A DNA stretch of 64,000 bases from an uncultured Planctomycetota bacterium (GCA_963823665.1 CAWGMQ010000007.1:896001-960000); one strand, 5' to 3'; positions 29,780-45,584 are shown, counted from the stretch's first letter. Made by a program: numbers and translations. Notes: generated by a model not told the origin, from the sequence alone.

Positions 29780-32452
29780 TTGTGCATGCAGTTAGATCAA
29801 ATCCGATCATCATCTTTTGGCGGAGTGAGGCGTTTGAAGCGGATTCGGTTAGAGACACTGAGGCTTGGATTTGAGACCCGTCTGGTTGGGCCGGCGGTTC
29901 TTGTGGGCGGGTTGTTGGTCTGGCTCTGGCCGATTGGGATCGGCGGGAGGATGCCGGTCGGGGGCGATGTCACGCAGTTTTTCCTGGGCTTGATGGCGTT
30001 CTACGGGAACTCGCTCGCGGAGGGACGGCTGCCGGTTTGGAACGACCTTTGGGGATATGGCTTTCCGGGATTGGCGGAGAGTCAGATGGGTGTGTTCTAT
30101 CCGGTGCACTTCATTCTGTACCGCTGGCTGAACACCGAAGCCGCGTATGTTGTCAGCTTGATGGTTCATACGCTTTGGGGTGGGGCCGGTGCCTACTGGG
30201 CGGCGCGGCGGATTGGAACGTCTCGAATGGGCTCAACGCTCGCGGCGTTCTGCTGGACTACATGCGGGTTTTTCCTGGTGCACCTGGCTCACCCCTGGGG
30301 ATACACGACCGGATGCTGGATGCCTTGGGCCTGGGGGCTGGGGTTTAGCCTGGTCGCGGCTGCGGGCTCGGACCGGCGCGTCAGGCCGGTTTATCCGATT
30401 CTGCTGGCGCTCGTGCTGGCTCTCCAGCTCTTGCCGGGGCATTTTCAACTGGCATTTATCACTCAACTCGGGCTGGCGCTCATGGTGGGCTGGGTGGTGA
30501 TTGAACGGTGCGTCGCGCGTGTGTTTTCGAAAGAGAGGGAGCGGGAATCACCGAACGAGATGTGGAGTCTGCGTGGAGCGATCGTCGTTCTTTTCGCGCT
30601 TTTGTGTGCGTTTCCGCTGGCGGCCGTGCAGCTCGTGCCGACGGCGCGGCTGGCTCTGCTTGCCGGGCCGCAGGGCGAATTCAAGTACCTATCCGACTTT
30701 GCGTCACCGCCGTTCCACCTTGTGAACTACGTGGCCCCGGGGTTGTTTCATCGTTCGCCGCTCTGGCGGCCGCTCGTCTGGGACCCATTTCACGCGATGC
30801 CCGAAGAACATCTGACGTACGTGGGCTTGGTTCCCTTCTTCCTGGCGTGCATGACGGTGGTTCGGGAGTGGCGCCGGAACGCTAGCGTGCGACTTCTGAC
30901 GGTTCTGGCCGTTGTGACGCTGGTGCTTGGCCTTGGACCTTACGTTCCCGGATTCCGCTACTTGATCAAGGTGCCGGGGTTTTCCTTCTTCCGTGCACCG
31001 TCGCGCTACAGCGTGGCCGCTGCTCTGGCCGTGGCACTGCTGGCGGGGAAGGGGATCGATCGCTGGGGCGAATGGGCACGGCCCGGCCGCTCGCTGCGAC
31101 GATTGATCGTGTGTGCGGTCTGCTGGGTGGGAGTGACTCTGGGGCTCATCGAGCTGGCGATCTTTTGCACGGACAAGCCGGGGTGGCCCGCAGTTGCGGG
31201 CGGCTTCCAGAGAGTGTTTTCTGCGCTGCCGTGGCGCGGAGAGCCGAGCTTCGCGACGGTGCTTTTGCAGGCGCGACGACCGCAAGTGGACCAGCGCATC
31301 GGCTCGGCGCTTGCGCAGACAATCCTCTTGCGACAACCAGCAAATGAGCGTATCTTCACGGAACAGCGATTTCATATCTATTTTCGAGAGCTTGGCGAGG
31401 CGGTGCCGCTCTTGGTGCTGGTGCTGCTTCTGGCCGTGATGAGTGATAAGGGGGGGCTTAATCCACTGCGGGCGCGGCGAGGGCTCTTCTTGCTCACGTT
31501 TCTGGACCTGTTGCTGCTGGGCCGCCATCGGCTGGTTGACGTGGCACCCTGGAAGCCGCTGGTGGAGCAGAGCCCGGTGCTCGAGAGCCTGGCGCACGAG
31601 CCGCGCGGGACGCGCGTTGCCGACCGCCGGACGAGGAACCTGCCCATGCGGGTGGGATTGGCGCCGATCTCGGCTTATCACACGCTCGATTTGCCGGTGG
31701 TCGGATCGCTGACGGCGCTGGCGATGGGGTCGCCCTCTGACCCGCGGATTGGCAGGGAAGTTCAGGCTGCTCTGCGTGCCACGGGCAGTGGAGTGCGGCT
31801 GTTCGATCCGATCGAGAACCGGGAGGACGAGTTGGTCAAGAGGCCGGAGAATGATCGGGAGGTGATGGACGACGAGGCGATGGCGAGCTTGTTGTTCGGG
31901 GCGTCGTGGGTGGCGGAGCAGGGGCCGTGGGCGCGGAGGTTCTCAATCTGGCGGCCGGAGGTGCCGGCCGTGCGCGCCTGGTTCGTGCCGGGGCTCGACG
32001 CAAGTGAAGCGGCGATCGTGCACGACTGGCCGGGTGATCCACGGCATATTCTGCGGGTCCTTCAAGCTGCCATACCGCTTCCGGCCGAGTCGCGGACGCC
32101 GGAGGAGTGGACGATTCTGATCGAGGCGGCGGAGCCGGGCTGGGTGATCGTCAGCCAGGTTGGCGACCCGCAGTGGAAAGTACAAGCCATCGATGAGGAT
32201 GGCTCCTCAAAGACGGACAGCGAAATCTTGCCGGCGTTTCGTCGAGCGGGTGAGCCCTTGGGCTGGCAATGCGTGGCGATTCCTGGCGCGGGCCGCTGGA
32301 CCTTGCGGCTGGAGTACGAAGCGAATGACGTGCTGGTTGGCTTGACGATCTCGTTGATCGCGTGGACCGGGTGGCTCGTCGTCGTGCTGCGCGCGGGTTA
32401 TGACATGTGGCGCAGTACGGTCAGGACGATGGCCAACACGACGGAGGCTTGA
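29780..32452 (+). CDS. YfhO-like polytopic membrane protein (GT-C-like); start uncertain
   Basis: [30 protein letters not shown] and FFRAPSRY motifs; many TM segments. Confidence 0.75.
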   Translation: MCMQLDQIRSSSFGGVRRLKRIRLETLRLGFETRLVGPAVLVGGLLVWLWPIGIGGRMPVGGDVTQFFLGLMAFYGNSLAEGRLPVWNDLWGYGFPGLAESQMGVFYPVHFILYRWLNTEAAYVVSLMVHTLWGGAGAYWAARRIGTSRMGSTLAAFCWTTCGFFLVHLAHPWGYTTGCWMPWAWGLGFSLVAAAGSDRRVRPVYPILLALVLALQLLPGHFQLAFITQLGLALMVGWVVIERCVARVFSKERERESPNEMWSLRGAIVVLFALLCAFPLAAVQLVPTARLALLAGPQGEFKYLSDFASPPFHLVNYVAPGLFHRSPLWRPLVWDPFHAMPEEHLTYVGLVPFFLACMTVVREWRRNASVRLLTVLAVVTLVLGLGPYVPGFRYLIKVPGFSFFRAPSRYSVAAALAVALLAGKGIDRWGEWARPGRSLRRLIVCAVCWVGVTLGLIELAIFCTDKPGWPAVAGGFQRVFSALPWRGEPSFATVLLQARRPQVDQRIGSALAQTILLRQPANERIFTEQRFHIYFRELGEAVPLLVLVLLLAVMSDKGGLNPLRARRGLFLLTFLDLLLLGRHRLVDVAPWKPLVEQSPVLESLAHEPRGTRVADRRTRNLPMRVGLAPISAYHTLDLPVVGSLTALAMGSPSDPRIGREVQAALRATGSGVRLFDPIENREDELVKRPENDREVMDDEAMASLLFGASWVAEQGPWARRFSIWRPEVPAVRAWFVPGLDASEAAIVHDWPGDPRHILRVLQAAIPLPAESRTPEEWTILIEAAEPGWVIVSQVGDPQWKVQAIDEDGSSKTDSEILPAFRRAGEPLGWQCVAIPGAGRWTLRLEYEANDVLVGLTISLIAWTGWLVVVLRAGYDMWRSTVRTMANTTEA

Positions 32453-32453
32453 A

Positions 32454-33482
32454 GTGACGACCAAGATCGGTGTGGCGCTCGTGGGCGCTTCGGGATATGC
32501 GGCGCGCGAGTTGATTCGAATCATGGCGGGCCATCCGCATGCGGAGCTCACCGTTGCGACTTCGCGCAGCGAAGAGGACCGCCTCGAGGCACTGCATCCG
32601 AGCCTGGCCCGGCGAACGAATCTGCGGTGCGAGCCGTTTGATGCCGCGCGGCTGGCTGCGCGGGCGGCTTACGCTTTTCTGGCGCTGCCGCATACGGCGA
32701 GCATGACCATCGTTCCGGAACTTCGCGGGCGCGGGGTGCGCGTGATCGACCTGAGTGCGGACTATCGCCTCGCCGATGCTCAGGTCTACGAGGACTGGTA
32801 TGGTCATGCGCACACGGATGCAGGCAGGCTTAGTGAGGCGGTGTACGGTCTTCCCGAGCTCTATCGGGAGCAGATTCCCTCGGCCGGCCTGATCGCCAAC
32901 CCGGGATGCTACACTTCGGCGAGCATTCTGGCGCTGGCACCGCTGGTGGAGGAGGACCGGATCGAGCGGGCGGGGATCATCATTGACGCCAAGAGCGGGG
33001 TTTCCGGCGCAGGGCGTTCGCCCAAGCTGACGACGCATTTCCCCGAATGCAACGAGAGTCTCTCGGCGTACAGCGTGGGCCGGCACCGGCATACGCCGGA
33101 GATCGACCAGGTCTTGACCGAGGTGGCACACGGCCGCGGCGAGAAGGTGGAGGTCATCTTCACGCCTCACCTGGTTCCGATGGACCGGGGAATCCTGGCG
33201 ACGATCTACGCCGTGCCGAAAGGCCACGTGCCGGTCGAGCACGAGCTGATCGAGCTTTATCGGAAGTACTATGTGCAAAGCCCGTTTGTGCGGATCGTCG
33301 AGCATTTGCCGGCGACCAAGGATTCGGCGTGGACGAATTACTGCGACATCACCGTGCGGGTTGTACGGGGCCGGATTCTCGTTCTGTCGTGTCTCGACAA
33401 TCTCGTCAAGGGGGCGGCCGGCGTGGCGGTGCAGAACCTGAACTTGATGATCGGGTGCGCGGAGGAGACGGGGCTGATCTGA
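32454..33482 (+). CDS. argC: N-acetyl-gamma-glutamyl-phosphate reductase
   Basis: [40 protein letters not shown] and [14 protein letters not shown]. Confidence 0.97.
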   Translation: MTTKIGVALVGASGYAARELIRIMAGHPHAELTVATSRSEEDRLEALHPSLARRTNLRCEPFDAARLAARAAYAFLALPHTASMTIVPELRGRGVRVIDLSADYRLADAQVYEDWYGHAHTDAGRLSEAVYGLPELYREQIPSAGLIANPGCYTSASILALAPLVEEDRIERAGIIIDAKSGVSGAGRSPKLTTHFPECNESLSAYSVGRHRHTPEIDQVLTEVAHGRGEKVEVIFTPHLVPMDRGILATIYAVPKGHVPVEHELIELYRKYYVQSPFVRIVEHLPATKDSAWTNYCDITVRVVRGRILVLSCLDNLVKGAAGVAVQNLNLMIGCAEETGLI

Positions 33483-33678
33483 ATGGGGCGGAGGACGGAG
33501 GACGGAGAGGCCGCGTGGATCGCTTCTGCGTGCCGTCTCAGTCGATCCATAATAAATGACGCGACGGAACGAACAGCTTTGCGAATCGCCAAGGTGCAAG
33601 CGCCGCGACCTCTGGCGAAGTCGATCGCCTGCACGTGTTTCAACCCGCCAACCAGAGCCAGAAACGGGAGCTCTTGCC

Positions 33679-35343
33679 GTGTCTGATGGCCTCAAGCGCG
33701 TTTACGGGATCGACCTGGGTACGACTTACTCGGCGATCGCGTATGTTGACGAGCATGGGAAGCCCGTCATCGTTCCGAATCAAGAAAGTGAGCGGATCAC
33801 TCCTTCCGTCGTTCTATTCGATGGTGAGAACGTGATCGTGGGAAACACCGCCAAGGAGTCGGCCAAGGTTGAGCCCGATCGCGTCGTTTCGCGGATCAAA
33901 CAGAGTATGGGCGATCCCAATTTTGTGTTCCACCACGACGGGCAGTCGTACAGCCCCGAAGACATCTCCTCGTTCATCCTGCGCAAGGTGGTCGGGGATG
34001 CTGAGATTGCCCTTGGCGACAAGATCAGTGATGTTGTGATCACTTGTCCGGCCTACTTCGGGACTTCCGAGCGTGAGGCGACGGCGAACGCCGGCCGGCT
34101 TGCCGGGTTAAACGTCCGGGCCATCTTGAACGAGCCGACGGCGGCCGCGATTGCTTACGGGCTCGAGCAGGGTGAGGACCAGATCGTGCTGGTGTACGAC
34201 CTGGGCGGCGGCACATTTGACATCACGATGATCGAGATCAAGGACCGGTTGATCCGGGTTATCTGCACCGGCGGCGATCATCGCCTGGGGGGTGTGCTGT
34301 GGGACGAGGCGATCGTCTTGTACCTGGCGGAGCAGTTCAAGACCCAGACGGGCGAGGAAGGGGACCCGCTCGACGATTCCGAGGTCCTGAATGATCTGTT
34401 CCTTCAGGCCGAGCGAGGCAAGAAGACGCTTTCGCAGCGCGAGAAAGCGCCGTTCCGGGTGACGCACGCGGGGCATCAGGCACGGGTGGAGCTCGATCGC
34501 GCCAAGTTCGAGGAAATCACGAAGCACTTGCTCGACCGCACGATCGAGCTGACCCGCGAAATGCTGGCCGATGCCCGCGGCAAGGGATACGCGCAGTTCG
34601 ACAAAGTGATCCTGGTGGGGGGCGCGACGCGGATGCCGCAGGTTCGCGACCGGCTGGTTGCGGAGCTGAACATCGAGCCGGAGATTTACGACCCTGACGA
34701 GGCTATTGCCAAGGGGGCCGCACTGTACGCGCTCAAGGAATCGCTGCTGGACCACGTGGAGGATTTCCTGGCGACGCGGACCACCGCCGCCGGTAAACCT
34801 GCCGGGCCGGTCGACATGAGCGAGATTTCCGAGGAAGAGGTTGCGCAGGCGCTCGATCACCTCGAGAAATCGCTGGGCCTGACGTTGACCGGGCCGGTGC
34901 GCGAGCTGGTGAGCACGCGGATTGTGAACGTGCTGTCCAAGAGCCTGGGGGTGATCGCGCGGAACGAGCAGAGCCTCGACGTCGTGTGTTACCTGCTGCC
35001 GAGGAACTCGGAGGTGCCGCTGGAGCGGATGACGGATTTCGGCACCGATTCGGAGAACCAGTCGGCTGTTGATATCCGGGTGATGTCGGGCGAGCGCGAC
35101 AGCCCGGACCCGCTCGACTGCCAGGAAGTCGGTGTGGCGTCGCTCTCGCTTCCTGACCGGCTGCCGGCGCACAGCCCGATTCGCGTCAAGTTCGCGATCA
35201 GCAAGGACGGACGGCTGGGCGTTTCAGCCACCGACTTGACGGGCGGGGGCTCGATCGACGTCGAGTTCCAGACCGAGGCCGTGATGAACGCGGAGGAGGT
35301 TGCGGAGAGGTCGACGGCGCTGCGATTATTGAATGTGTCGTGA
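33679..35343 (+). CDS. Hsp70-family protein (non-canonical DnaK, no helical lid)
   Basis: [31 protein letters not shown] and LVGGATRMP; ends right after the beta substrate-binding subdomain. Confidence 0.93.
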   Translation: MSDGLKRVYGIDLGTTYSAIAYVDEHGKPVIVPNQESERITPSVVLFDGENVIVGNTAKESAKVEPDRVVSRIKQSMGDPNFVFHHDGQSYSPEDISSFILRKVVGDAEIALGDKISDVVITCPAYFGTSEREATANAGRLAGLNVRAILNEPTAAAIAYGLEQGEDQIVLVYDLGGGTFDITMIEIKDRLIRVICTGGDHRLGGVLWDEAIVLYLAEQFKTQTGEEGDPLDDSEVLNDLFLQAERGKKTLSQREKAPFRVTHAGHQARVELDRAKFEEITKHLLDRTIELTREMLADARGKGYAQFDKVILVGGATRMPQVRDRLVAELNIEPEIYDPDEAIAKGAALYALKESLLDHVEDFLATRTTAAGKPAGPVDMSEISEEEVAQALDHLEKSLGLTLTGPVRELVSTRIVNVLSKSLGVIARNEQSLDVVCYLLPRNSEVPLERMTDFGTDSENQSAVDIRVMSGERDSPDPLDCQEVGVASLSLPDRLPAHSPIRVKFAISKDGRLGVSATDLTGGGSIDVEFQTEAVMNAEEVAERSTALRLLNVS

Positions 35344-35351
35344 GAGACCTG

Positions 35352-37478
<2,127 letters not shown>

Positions 37479-37482
<4 letters not shown>

Positions 37483-38425
37483 GCCGAGCGACCTTACCAG
37501 GCCCGGTCACGCCGCCGCCGGTGCCGCCGCCATTACCGGCGGCTCCATCGGTTGCGGCGCGACCGAAGGTTCGAACCGCCCGGGCCAATTTGCGGCAAGC
37601 GTATGACCTGGCGATCATGGGGGGAGCCGGCGCGCTCGTCGGGCTGTTCCTTTACGTCGAGATGGTTGGCGCCGGATCGGTGTATGTGCGCGATGTGTGG
37701 GCCGGGCTCTTGATTGGTGGGTCGCTGGGAGTTTTTTTGAACGCATACGGCCCGGCTCGGGACGGGGCCTGGCTCAAGATGGCGCGTGCGATCGCGTGGG
37801 GGGCACCTGCGGCGGCCGTGGGTGGTGCGCTCGGGCTACTGGCGGGCGAGGTGGTCATCGGCCTCTTGCGCGGGGGGCTGCTGGGCGCACACTCTCCTGG
37901 GCTGTGCTGGGGCTGGGGATCGGGCTAGGGCAGGGGCTGGCAGACCGATCTCGAGAGCGCCTGGTGTACGGACTCTACGGCGGTGGCATCGGCGGCTTTG
38001 CCGGCGGCTTCCTGTTCGAGTCGCTGCGGAGCACGTTTTCGAACCGCACGGAGATCAGCCAGGCCGTGGGGATCGTGCTTCTGGGGGCAGGGTTGGGTTT
38101 GTGCCTGGCGCTTGTTGAGCAGGTGTTGAGGCGAGCATGGGTTCAAGTTCAGAGCGGACGGCAGGAGGGTCGCATCTATCTGCTGGCTCACCCGCGCTGC
38201 CGGCTGGGATTGGACGAGCGAGCGGAGATCGGCATTTTCGGTGACCCGGCGGTTGCTCGCCGGCACGCCGAGATCGAGTCGACGCCGCGGGGCTATGTCT
38301 TGCGCCACCTGGCGGGGCAGGGCAATACCCGCGTCAACGGCGGTGCGGTCGCCGCGGAGCGGCTGCTGCAGGATGGGGACCGCATCGAGCTGGGACATAC
38401 GCTCCTGGTCTTCCGGCATCGCTGA
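37479..38425 (+). CDS. Gly-rich multi-TM protein with C-terminal FHA domain (frameshift near 37890)
   Basis: Gly-rich TM helices; D..VARRHAEI, NTRVNG and LQDGDRIELG. Confidence 0.8.
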
Positions 38426-38441
38426 GACCACAAAGGGAGAG

Positions 38442-39998
38442 ATGGCACGCCTCATGAACTCGTCGCCCGTAAGTCCGGCACGCCAGCCGCTCGTTCAAAC
38501 GGGCCGCTGGCTAGTTGAAATCGTGCGCAGGCGCGAAGTCGGCCGCGCTTTGCGCTAGAGTCTGGCGAGACGGTGGTCGGCAATGCCCTGAACGGCCAGG
38601 CCGGCCTTGATCTTCGCGAGCAGGAGGGAACCTCAACGCGTCGCATGGCCGGCCGCCATGCCTCGTTCGCATGCTCGGGACATGATATCTCGATTCGCGA
38701 TCTGGAAAGCCCCGGCGGCACATTTGTGAACCAGCAGAGGTTGTTATCCGGGCAGCCGAGAAAACTATCGGCGGGTGATGTGATTCAGCTTGGCGGCGTG
38801 CAGCTCAAGGTGAAAGAGTCGAGCCCGACAAGAGTGTCGGACGCACGGGTGGTGGCGGGGAATCCGGCGGGAGTGTCGGACCCACGGGTGGTGGCGGAGA
38901 CACGGGGTCAGCCGGCGGGGTCCGTGTCGGGCGGGCGGCTACTCTCTTCGTTTTCCATGGCGAATGGAGCGCAGTGCCGGACGTGGGAGGACTTCCTCAT
39001 CCTTTCCGCCCAGAGCTGGGCGAACGTACGCGATGAACTGGTCTCGGGCAGGCTGGCTGAATACCTTCGCCGGATCGGGCGGACGGAGCTGATTCCGCTC
39101 CCGGCGCCAGGTCATCCGCCGGATGAGCGGCTTGACGAGTGGCTGGCGCGCATTCCGGCCAATCAGTCGAGCGCTCCGGAGCTCGACGTGCATCCCGAAA
39201 CGCTTCTGGTGCAGGCGAAAATGGGGGGCGGCGTTGCGAGGCTTTCGCTGCGAATCACCAACGTCGGCTTTCGGCTGTTGCGGAGCAGCTTGCGGATCGA
39301 GCCGGCGGACGCGCGGTGGGTGCGGCTGCTCGCAGGGGGAGACGGCAAGGCGTTTCCGACGATCGACCAGACCGAGATCCCGGTCGAGCTCGAGCTTCCG
39401 GAAACCATCGATCGGGTGTTACGCGCAGCGATCGTCATCGAGAGCAACGGCGGCACGCGCCGGGTCGAGGTTCGGATCGAGCGGCCGGCTGACACGCTGG
39501 CTGAGGCCGAGCCGGCGGTGGGGTCGGCGGTTCAGGAAATGCCGATGCTAGCCAGGCAGCTCAGAGAGCGGCTGGCGCGGGTGAGTCTGATTGCGCGGGT
39601 GGTCGTTTGTGGAGGAGGCGCGGCTGGGGTTCGGCTGCTCGTCGCGCTCTTCGAGCGCACTACCGATCGGCGGCGCAGGCAGCAGTGTCGCGGAGCCGCG
39701 GATCGCGGCCGTTGCGCTTTTGACCGTGGGTCTCGGCGTGCTGTGGGGCTTGATCCTGGCCAAACGCCGCGGCGAGGCGCGTGACCTTGTGACCGGAGGA
39801 GTGGCGGGGGGCTTGCTCGGCTTGCTGTCGTCCGCGCCGTTATTCTCGCTGCTCCAGAGTGCGGAGCGCGTTCTGGGCTCGTGGTCGACATCGGTCGCTG
39901 CCGTTTGTCTCTTTTAGGGCGCAGCCGGTGCGGTCGTTGCGCTGCTCTCGAAGTTCCTTGTTCCACACCGCCAGGAAGATCGGCAGGAGAGCCGCTGA
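38442..39998 (+). CDS. N-terminal FHA, Ig-like beta region and C-terminal TM segments (frameshifts near 38545, 39655, 39910)
   Basis: RHASF, DLESPGGTFVN, LSAGDVIQLG; ITNVG..LL and IESNGG; reconstructed stop overlaps the next ATG. Confidence 0.7.
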
Positions 39999-42154
39999 TG
40001 GCCAGGTACTTGGCGATCGTGCTTGCTGTTCTCTGTCTGGCCGCTGGGGCTCGTGGCCAGACCCAGGCGCCGCGCGACGAGGAGATCGCGCGGGCGATCG
40101 CCAGGGGCGTTATATTCCTCAAAGCGGCGCAGGGCGATAACGGTGAATGGCGGTACGGCGAGCAGCCTCAGCACAGCCTTGGCATGACGGCACTGGCCGG
40201 GCTTGCGCTGCTGGAGAACGGCATTGCCCGCGACGCGCGCGAGATCAGCAAGGCGCGCGAGATCGTGGCGACCCAGGCTCGCGAGTCGAATCAAACGTAT
40301 GATCTGGCGCTGGCGATTCTCTTTCTGGCGCGATGCCAGCAGACGCGAACGAGGCAGGACGATTCGTTGATTCAGTTGCTCGGGCGGCGGTTGGCGCACG
40401 GCGATCACGGGGGGATCTGGGACTACTCGGTTCCGATCAGCGAGGAGGAGGCGACGCCGGAGTCACCGGGCTCGCGGCGCGGCGGACGCGGGCGGGCGGC
40501 ACGGATCAATCGCAATTCTGGCGGCGCGGGCGACAACTCGAACACGCAGTTTGCGCTGCTGGGTCTCTGGGCGGCCGGCCGGCATGGATTTGATTCGGAC
40601 GAAACGCTTGAATCGATCGACGGGCACTTTCGTTCGAGCCAGCTTCGCGACGGACGTTGGGGTTACCGGAACAACATGCAAGGGTCGGAGGCCATGTCGT
40701 GCGCGGGGCTGATGGGCCTGGCGATCGCCGCTTCGCGGCCGAGCCTGGCGGAGCGGCAGACCGCGCGGCGCGGGGAGCGGCACTGGCTGCGGATCCCGCA
40801 TTCCAGGCGGCCTTGCGCGCCGTGGGCCAGGACGCCCGGCGGGCCGGGGAGCATTCGGACATCTACTATCTCTGGTCGCTCGAGCGTGTGTGCGTGGCGC
40901 TTGGACTGCGGTCGCTCGATGGATTTGACTGGTACGCCCACGGCGCAGCGGATCTTGCTCGAGCGACAGGAGAGCGACGGGGGCTGGCCGAGCGATCGTT
41001 GGGGCAGACTGCCGAGCACCGCACTCGCCTTGCTCTTCCTGCGAAAGGCCAACCTCGCCTTCGAGATCGATCGGGTGCTGCGGTTGCCCGGACGGAGCAT
41101 CGAGGTGGCCGCGGTGGCAACGCGTACGCGGGAGCCCGAGCCGCTGGGCCCGTCGACCGAGGCTCAGGCGGCCTCGAGCACGCGGCCGGACGACTCGGGC
41201 AGCACTGCGGGTGCTGATCAAGTGAAGGTGATCGTCACCGGCGCCAGTCAGCAGGCGTTTCCGCGGATCGCGGTTCAGTTCGAAGTGAAGCGATCAGACG
41301 GCTCTTTCTTGCTCGACGCCGGGCGCGACGACTTTCGCGTGACCGAAGAGGGACGCGACGTCCCAGTGGTCGAGTTTCAGGCGCCGCAGAACAAGGAGGC
41401 GATTGCCACGACGGTCGTTCTGGTCGTTGACCGTAGCCTGAGCATGGAGGAGGAAGACCGGATCGGCGGATTGAAAACGGCGGTGCGCTCGTTTCTCGAA
41501 AAACTGCCGGAGGGCTCCAAGGTTGCCTTGATTGCGTTCGGGAGTGATGTCGACCGGCTGACTGATTTCACGACTGACCGCGCCAGTTGCAGCAAGCTGT
41601 CGATGCGCTCAAGCCGGACGGCGCGACGCGGTTCTACGACGCGGTTGCGGAGGGGCTCAAGCTGCTCGACCGCGAATCAGGCCGGCGGGTTGTACTGGCG
41701 CTCACGGACGGCGAGGACACGTTCAGCCAGGACGCAACGCTCGAATCCGTGATCGCGTCGGGACAGCGGCTGGGCCTACCGGTTTACACGCTCGGGCTGG
41801 GAACGGAAGAGGAGATCGAGAGCGGCGACCTGCGCCGGCTAGCCACGTCGACGCGAGGACAGTACTATCCCGCACGGAACGCCGGCGAGCTGCGCGATCT
41901 ATGAACAGATTGCCGAGCGGATACGGTCGAGCTACTCGATGGTCTATCAGAGTGACCGGAAACTCGCCGACGGCACGCTTCGGCCGGTTCGCATTTTTTA
42001 CCGCGGCAGCAAGACGGCGGCCGGAGAGACGGCGATCTTCATTCCGGGCATGGTGGTGCCGGCCGGCGGGTGGGCGCTGCTTTTTCTCGGGCTGCTGTGC
42101 GTGCTGGGGGCGTTGATTGTGCTGCCCTCACGGATGGCGCGCCGGGCGGGTTAA
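39998..42154 (+). CDS. Secreted prenyltransferase-like alpha/alpha barrel plus vWA with C-terminal TM anchor (about 4 frameshifts)
   Basis: Signal peptide; Q..NGEW, DNSNTQFALLGL, Q..DGRWGY, YYLWSLER, QE.DGGW; vWA residues DRSLSM, T.FYDA and LTDGED. Confidence 0.78.
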
Positions 42155-42188
42155 GTGGTTTTGCGAATTGTGCACCCTGGCGCGAGGA

Positions 42189-42222
42189 CCCTCACCCCGG
42201 CCCTCTCCCGGAGGGAGAGGGA
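42189..42222. repeat. REP-like hairpin between convergent genes, possible terminator
   Basis: ccctcaccccgg-ccctctccc-gga-gggagaggg. Confidence 0.7.
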
Positions 42223-42300
42223 GCGATAAGTCGGCGTGTTGGCTTTCGCAACGCGTGACGCTCCGTGTCGCGTTTGGAATTCGCAGACGCCTTCTTCGCA

Positions 42301-43743
42301 TCAGGGCGCGCTACTCAGGAGCCAGGGGATGCCGACGGCCAGCAGGGTGAGCAGATAGATCAGGCCGAAGGTCAATCCGAGAACCCAGAAATCCTTGCGT
42401 GGGATGAAGCCGCTGCCGAAGTAGACCGGAGCCGGGCCGGTGGCGTAGGGCGTGATGACGCCCATCAGACCGATCGAATAAACCAACAGCAGTGCGAGGA
42501 CGCGGACAGGCATTCCGGGAAATGCGGCCCCGGCGGCCAGGATTGCGGGGAGGACAGCCATCGTGTGGGCGGTGAGGCTCGCGAACATGTAGTGGACGAG
42601 GTAGAAGAAAGACACCAGCACGAGGATCGCCATGACCGGGCTTGCGCCGACGATCAATCCGGATATTCCTTGAGACGCCCAGGCCACGATCCCCACGCGC
42701 TCCAATCCCTCGGCGAGAGCCAGCAGCGTTGCGAAGTAGATCAGGGTGTCCCAGGCGGCGCGGTTGCCGATCACATCATCCCATTCGAGCACCCGAGTGA
42801 CGATGAGGAGTGCGATCACGGCGAGGATCACCGTCGTTGGACTGATCCAGTCCCCGCCGAAGAGCCACATCGAGAACGCGACGAGGATCAGAAGACACAT
42901 CACGACCTCCTTGCGCGACGGCCGGCCCATGCGGGCCAGCTCTTCGCTCGCCCAGGTGGATACCTCGTGACTCGCTCGGATTTCCGGCGGATAGATCAGG
43001 TAGATGAGCAAGGGCAGCGGCAGGATGAGCAGAAGACCGATGGGCAGAAAGCCGGTCGTCCACTGGGACCAGGTGAGGTCAATTCCGGTCGTCTTGCGGA
43101 CGATTCCGAGCGCGAGGAGATTCGGCCCCAGCGCCGTCAGGAACATCGAGCTCGTGACCGCGGTTGAGGCGAAGGCTGTCCACATCAGGTAAGCGCCGAT
43201 CCGCCGGGCGGTCGGGCCCGGCGCAGAGTCGTAGAGCGCGGGAATGCCGCGGATGATCGGGAAGATCACGCCGGCGCTTCGGCCTGTGTTGGAGGGCGTG
43301 AATGGTGCGATCGCGAGGTCGGCCAGCATCACCGCGTAGCCGAGGCCGAGCGTTCGCTTGCCCATCGAGGCGACGAGCGAGAGGGCAATCCGTCGTCCGA
43401 GGCCGGTTTTGTCGTAACCTCTTGCGAACACGAGCGCGCCGAAGATGAGCCAGACGGTGACGTCCGAGAAACCTCCCAATCCCCACTGGATCGCCTCGGC
43501 GGGCTTGGGCGAGATATAGCCGAACGCGGTGGCGAGCGTCATGCCGAGTAAACCGACGGCTGCGGGAGGGATCGGCTCGAGAACCAGTGCGACGATCACG
43601 GCCGTGAACAGACCTAGATAGCTCCAAGCGTTTTGCGAGAGGGCGGTGGGATGAGGGAGCAGGGCGATCACGGGCCATACCACGAGAGGCGCTGCGGATC
43701 GCCAGACGCGTGTCATCGTGTGTTTGGTCACCGGGGAAGTCAT
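42301..43743 (-). CDS. DASS-family anion transporter (CitT/TtdT-like)
   Basis: TGLGRRIAL, PSNTGRSAG, SSMFLTA..PN, HYMFASLTAH and TPYATGPAP. Confidence 0.93.
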   Translation of the reverse strand: MTSPVTKHTMTRVWRSAAPLVVWPVIALLPHPTALSQNAWSYLGLFTAVIVALVLEPIPPAAVGLLGMTLATAFGYISPKPAEAIQWGLGGFSDVTVWLIFGALVFARGYDKTGLGRRIALSLVASMGKRTLGLGYAVMLADLAIAPFTPSNTGRSAGVIFPIIRGIPALYDSAPGPTARRIGAYLMWTAFASTAVTSSMFLTALGPNLLALGIVRKTTGIDLTWSQWTTGFLPIGLLLILPLPLLIYLIYPPEIRASHEVSTWASEELARMGRPSRKEVVMCLLILVAFSMWLFGGDWISPTTVILAVIALLIVTRVLEWDDVIGNRAAWDTLIYFATLLALAEGLERVGIVAWASQGISGLIVGASPVMAILVLVSFFYLVHYMFASLTAHTMAVLPAILAAGAAFPGMPVRVLALLLVYSIGLMGVITPYATGPAPVYFGSGFIPRKDFWVLGLTFGLIYLLTLLAVGIPWLLSSAP

Positions 43744-43767
43744 CTCGCGGGCATTTCGCTTTGTGGC

Positions 43768-45105
43768 TTACTCGCTGCGCTTTGAACCGCTTCGTTCCGA
43801 GAGGTAATCTCGACCTTGAAACTGCTCGGGAAGGCAGGGCATTTCGCGCCCGGCGGCGGGGTCGTCGTGAATGTAGCGGTAGCCTTGGCCGTAGCCGACT
43901 CCCTTCATGAGCGAGGTGACTGCGTTGCGGAGGTGGAGAGGCACCGGTTCGCGCGCCGAGGCGGTGGCATCGGCGGCGGCGGCCGTGTAGGCCTTCATCA
44001 CGAGGTTCGACTTGGGCGCGCGGGCCAGGTAGATGGTTGCCTGGGCCAGTGGAAAGAGTGCCTCGGGGAGACCGATCAGGTGGGTGATCTCTGCTGCTGC
44101 TGCGGCCTGCACTATGGCGTTCGCGTCGGCCAGGCCGACGTCTTCGGACGCGAGGATACATAGCCGTCGCGCGATGAAGACGGGGTCAGCGCCGCCTTCG
44201 ATCATTCTTGCTAGCCAGTACAAGGCGGCGCTCGAATCGGAGTTTCGCACGGATTTGATGAGGGCCGAGATCAAGTTGTAATGGTCTTCGCCCTGGCGAT
44301 CGTAGGCGAAGCGAGCGCGGCCGAGCGCCTCGACCAGGGTTGCTTCCGTGATGTGACGAGTGCCGTCTGGCGCCGGTGCGGTTGCTTCGACGGCATCCTC
44401 GAGCGCGGAAAGTGCGACGCGGGCGTCGCCGCCGGCCCAGCGAGCGAGCTTATCGATGAGATCAGGATCGACGCGTGGCTTCGCTTGCGCGAGGCCGCGG
44501 TCTTTGTCTTCGAGGGAGCGATTGAGGATCTTGGCGAGTTCTTCCGGCGCGAGTGGTTCGAGAACGACCACGCGGCAGCGAGAAAGCAGCGCGGAGTTTA
44601 CCTCGAATGATGGGTTCTCTGTGGTGGCGCCGATGAGCGTGATTGTGCCGTCTTCGACGGCACCCAAGAGCGCGTCTTGCTGCGCCTTGTTGAAGCGATG
44701 GATCTCGTCGATGAACAGGATGGTCGGGCGCGAGCGGCGCTGGCTTTTGCGGGCCTCTTCGATTGCGGCTCGAATGTCTTTCACGCCGGCGAGCACGGCG
44801 GAAATCGCGATGAATTCGGCGTTTTGATGTGCGGCGACCAGGCGGGCGAGCGTGGTCTTGCCGGAGCCGGGCGGGCCCCAGAGAATGAGCGATGACAGCT
44901 TGCCTTCGCGGCGAATGGCCGATCCGAGCAGGGATTTCTCGCCGACCACTGCCGATTGACCGACGAATTCGTCGAGGCGGCGAGGGCGCATGCGTTCGGC
45001 GAGCGGGGCGTCGGGGGCGGCCGGTGGCGGTTCGTCGGGCTCTTCGAACAGGCTGGCTGGGGCTTCCCGGGGCATGCGTGGGGTCTCGTGGGGGTTCGGC
45101 GGCAT
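43768..45105 (-). CDS. rarA: Replication-associated recombination protein A
   Basis: [47 protein letters not shown] and VPLHLRNA. Confidence 0.96.
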   Translation of the reverse strand: MPPNPHETPRMPREAPASLFEEPDEPPPAAPDAPLAERMRPRRLDEFVGQSAVVGEKSLLGSAIRREGKLSSLILWGPPGSGKTTLARLVAAHQNAEFIAISAVLAGVKDIRAAIEEARKSQRRSRPTILFIDEIHRFNKAQQDALLGAVEDGTITLIGATTENPSFEVNSALLSRCRVVVLEPLAPEELAKILNRSLEDKDRGLAQAKPRVDPDLIDKLARWAGGDARVALSALEDAVEATAPAPDGTRHITEATLVEALGRARFAYDRQGEDHYNLISALIKSVRNSDSSAALYWLARMIEGGADPVFIARRLCILASEDVGLADANAIVQAAAAAEITHLIGLPEALFPLAQATIYLARAPKSNLVMKAYTAAAADATASAREPVPLHLRNAVTSLMKGVGYGQGYRYIHDDPAAGREMPCLPEQFQGRDYLSERSGSKRSE

Positions 45106-45194
45106 CTGCGTGCGGGGTGGGTGGATCGCGGTGATAGTATACCAGGATGGGCGTGGGACGGATTAATCACTCACAGCGCGCATGGAGTACTTCC

Positions 45195-45584
45195 ATGGAT
45201 CAAGGCCCGTTGGTAGCTGAACAGATCGAGGCTGGGGCGAAGTTTCTCGCCGAATTTGAAAAGAAAACGCGCGTGTCGACGGCTTTCTGGCTGAGGACCG
45301 GCGAAGAAGACTCGTGGTATCTCTACATCGCATCTGATGAATGGAATGATACCAACCGTGACGTGTCCTATCGGGAGGTTCTGCGGATCGGTCGAGAACT
45401 TCGCGACTCCAATTTCGACCCGTTCCAGATGAAAGTCATCACGCTCAGCCATCCGCTTGCGAAGGGCGCGCTCGATTTTCAGCAACAGTTTTCCAGCAAG
45501 ACGGCGATGCGGCTGCGTGGACGGAATTTTGGCGGGTTTCCTGTCGATGAGTCTTATATTTGCCCGACTCCGATCGCGGTATAG
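45195..45584 (+). CDS. Hypothetical protein
   Basis: RBS GGAG and protein-like composition (AFWL..EEDSWYLYIAS). Confidence 0.7.
   Translation: MDQGPLVAEQIEAGAKFLAEFEKKTRVSTAFWLRTGEEDSWYLYIASDEWNDTNRDVSYREVLRIGRELRDSNFDPFQMKVITLSHPLAKGALDFQQQFSSKTAMRLRGRNFGGFPVDESYICPTPIAV

Noticed and set aside
33679..35343. Housekeeping dnaK
   Set aside because: No lid or C-terminal tail and no grpE/dnaJ, so the gene symbol was withheld.
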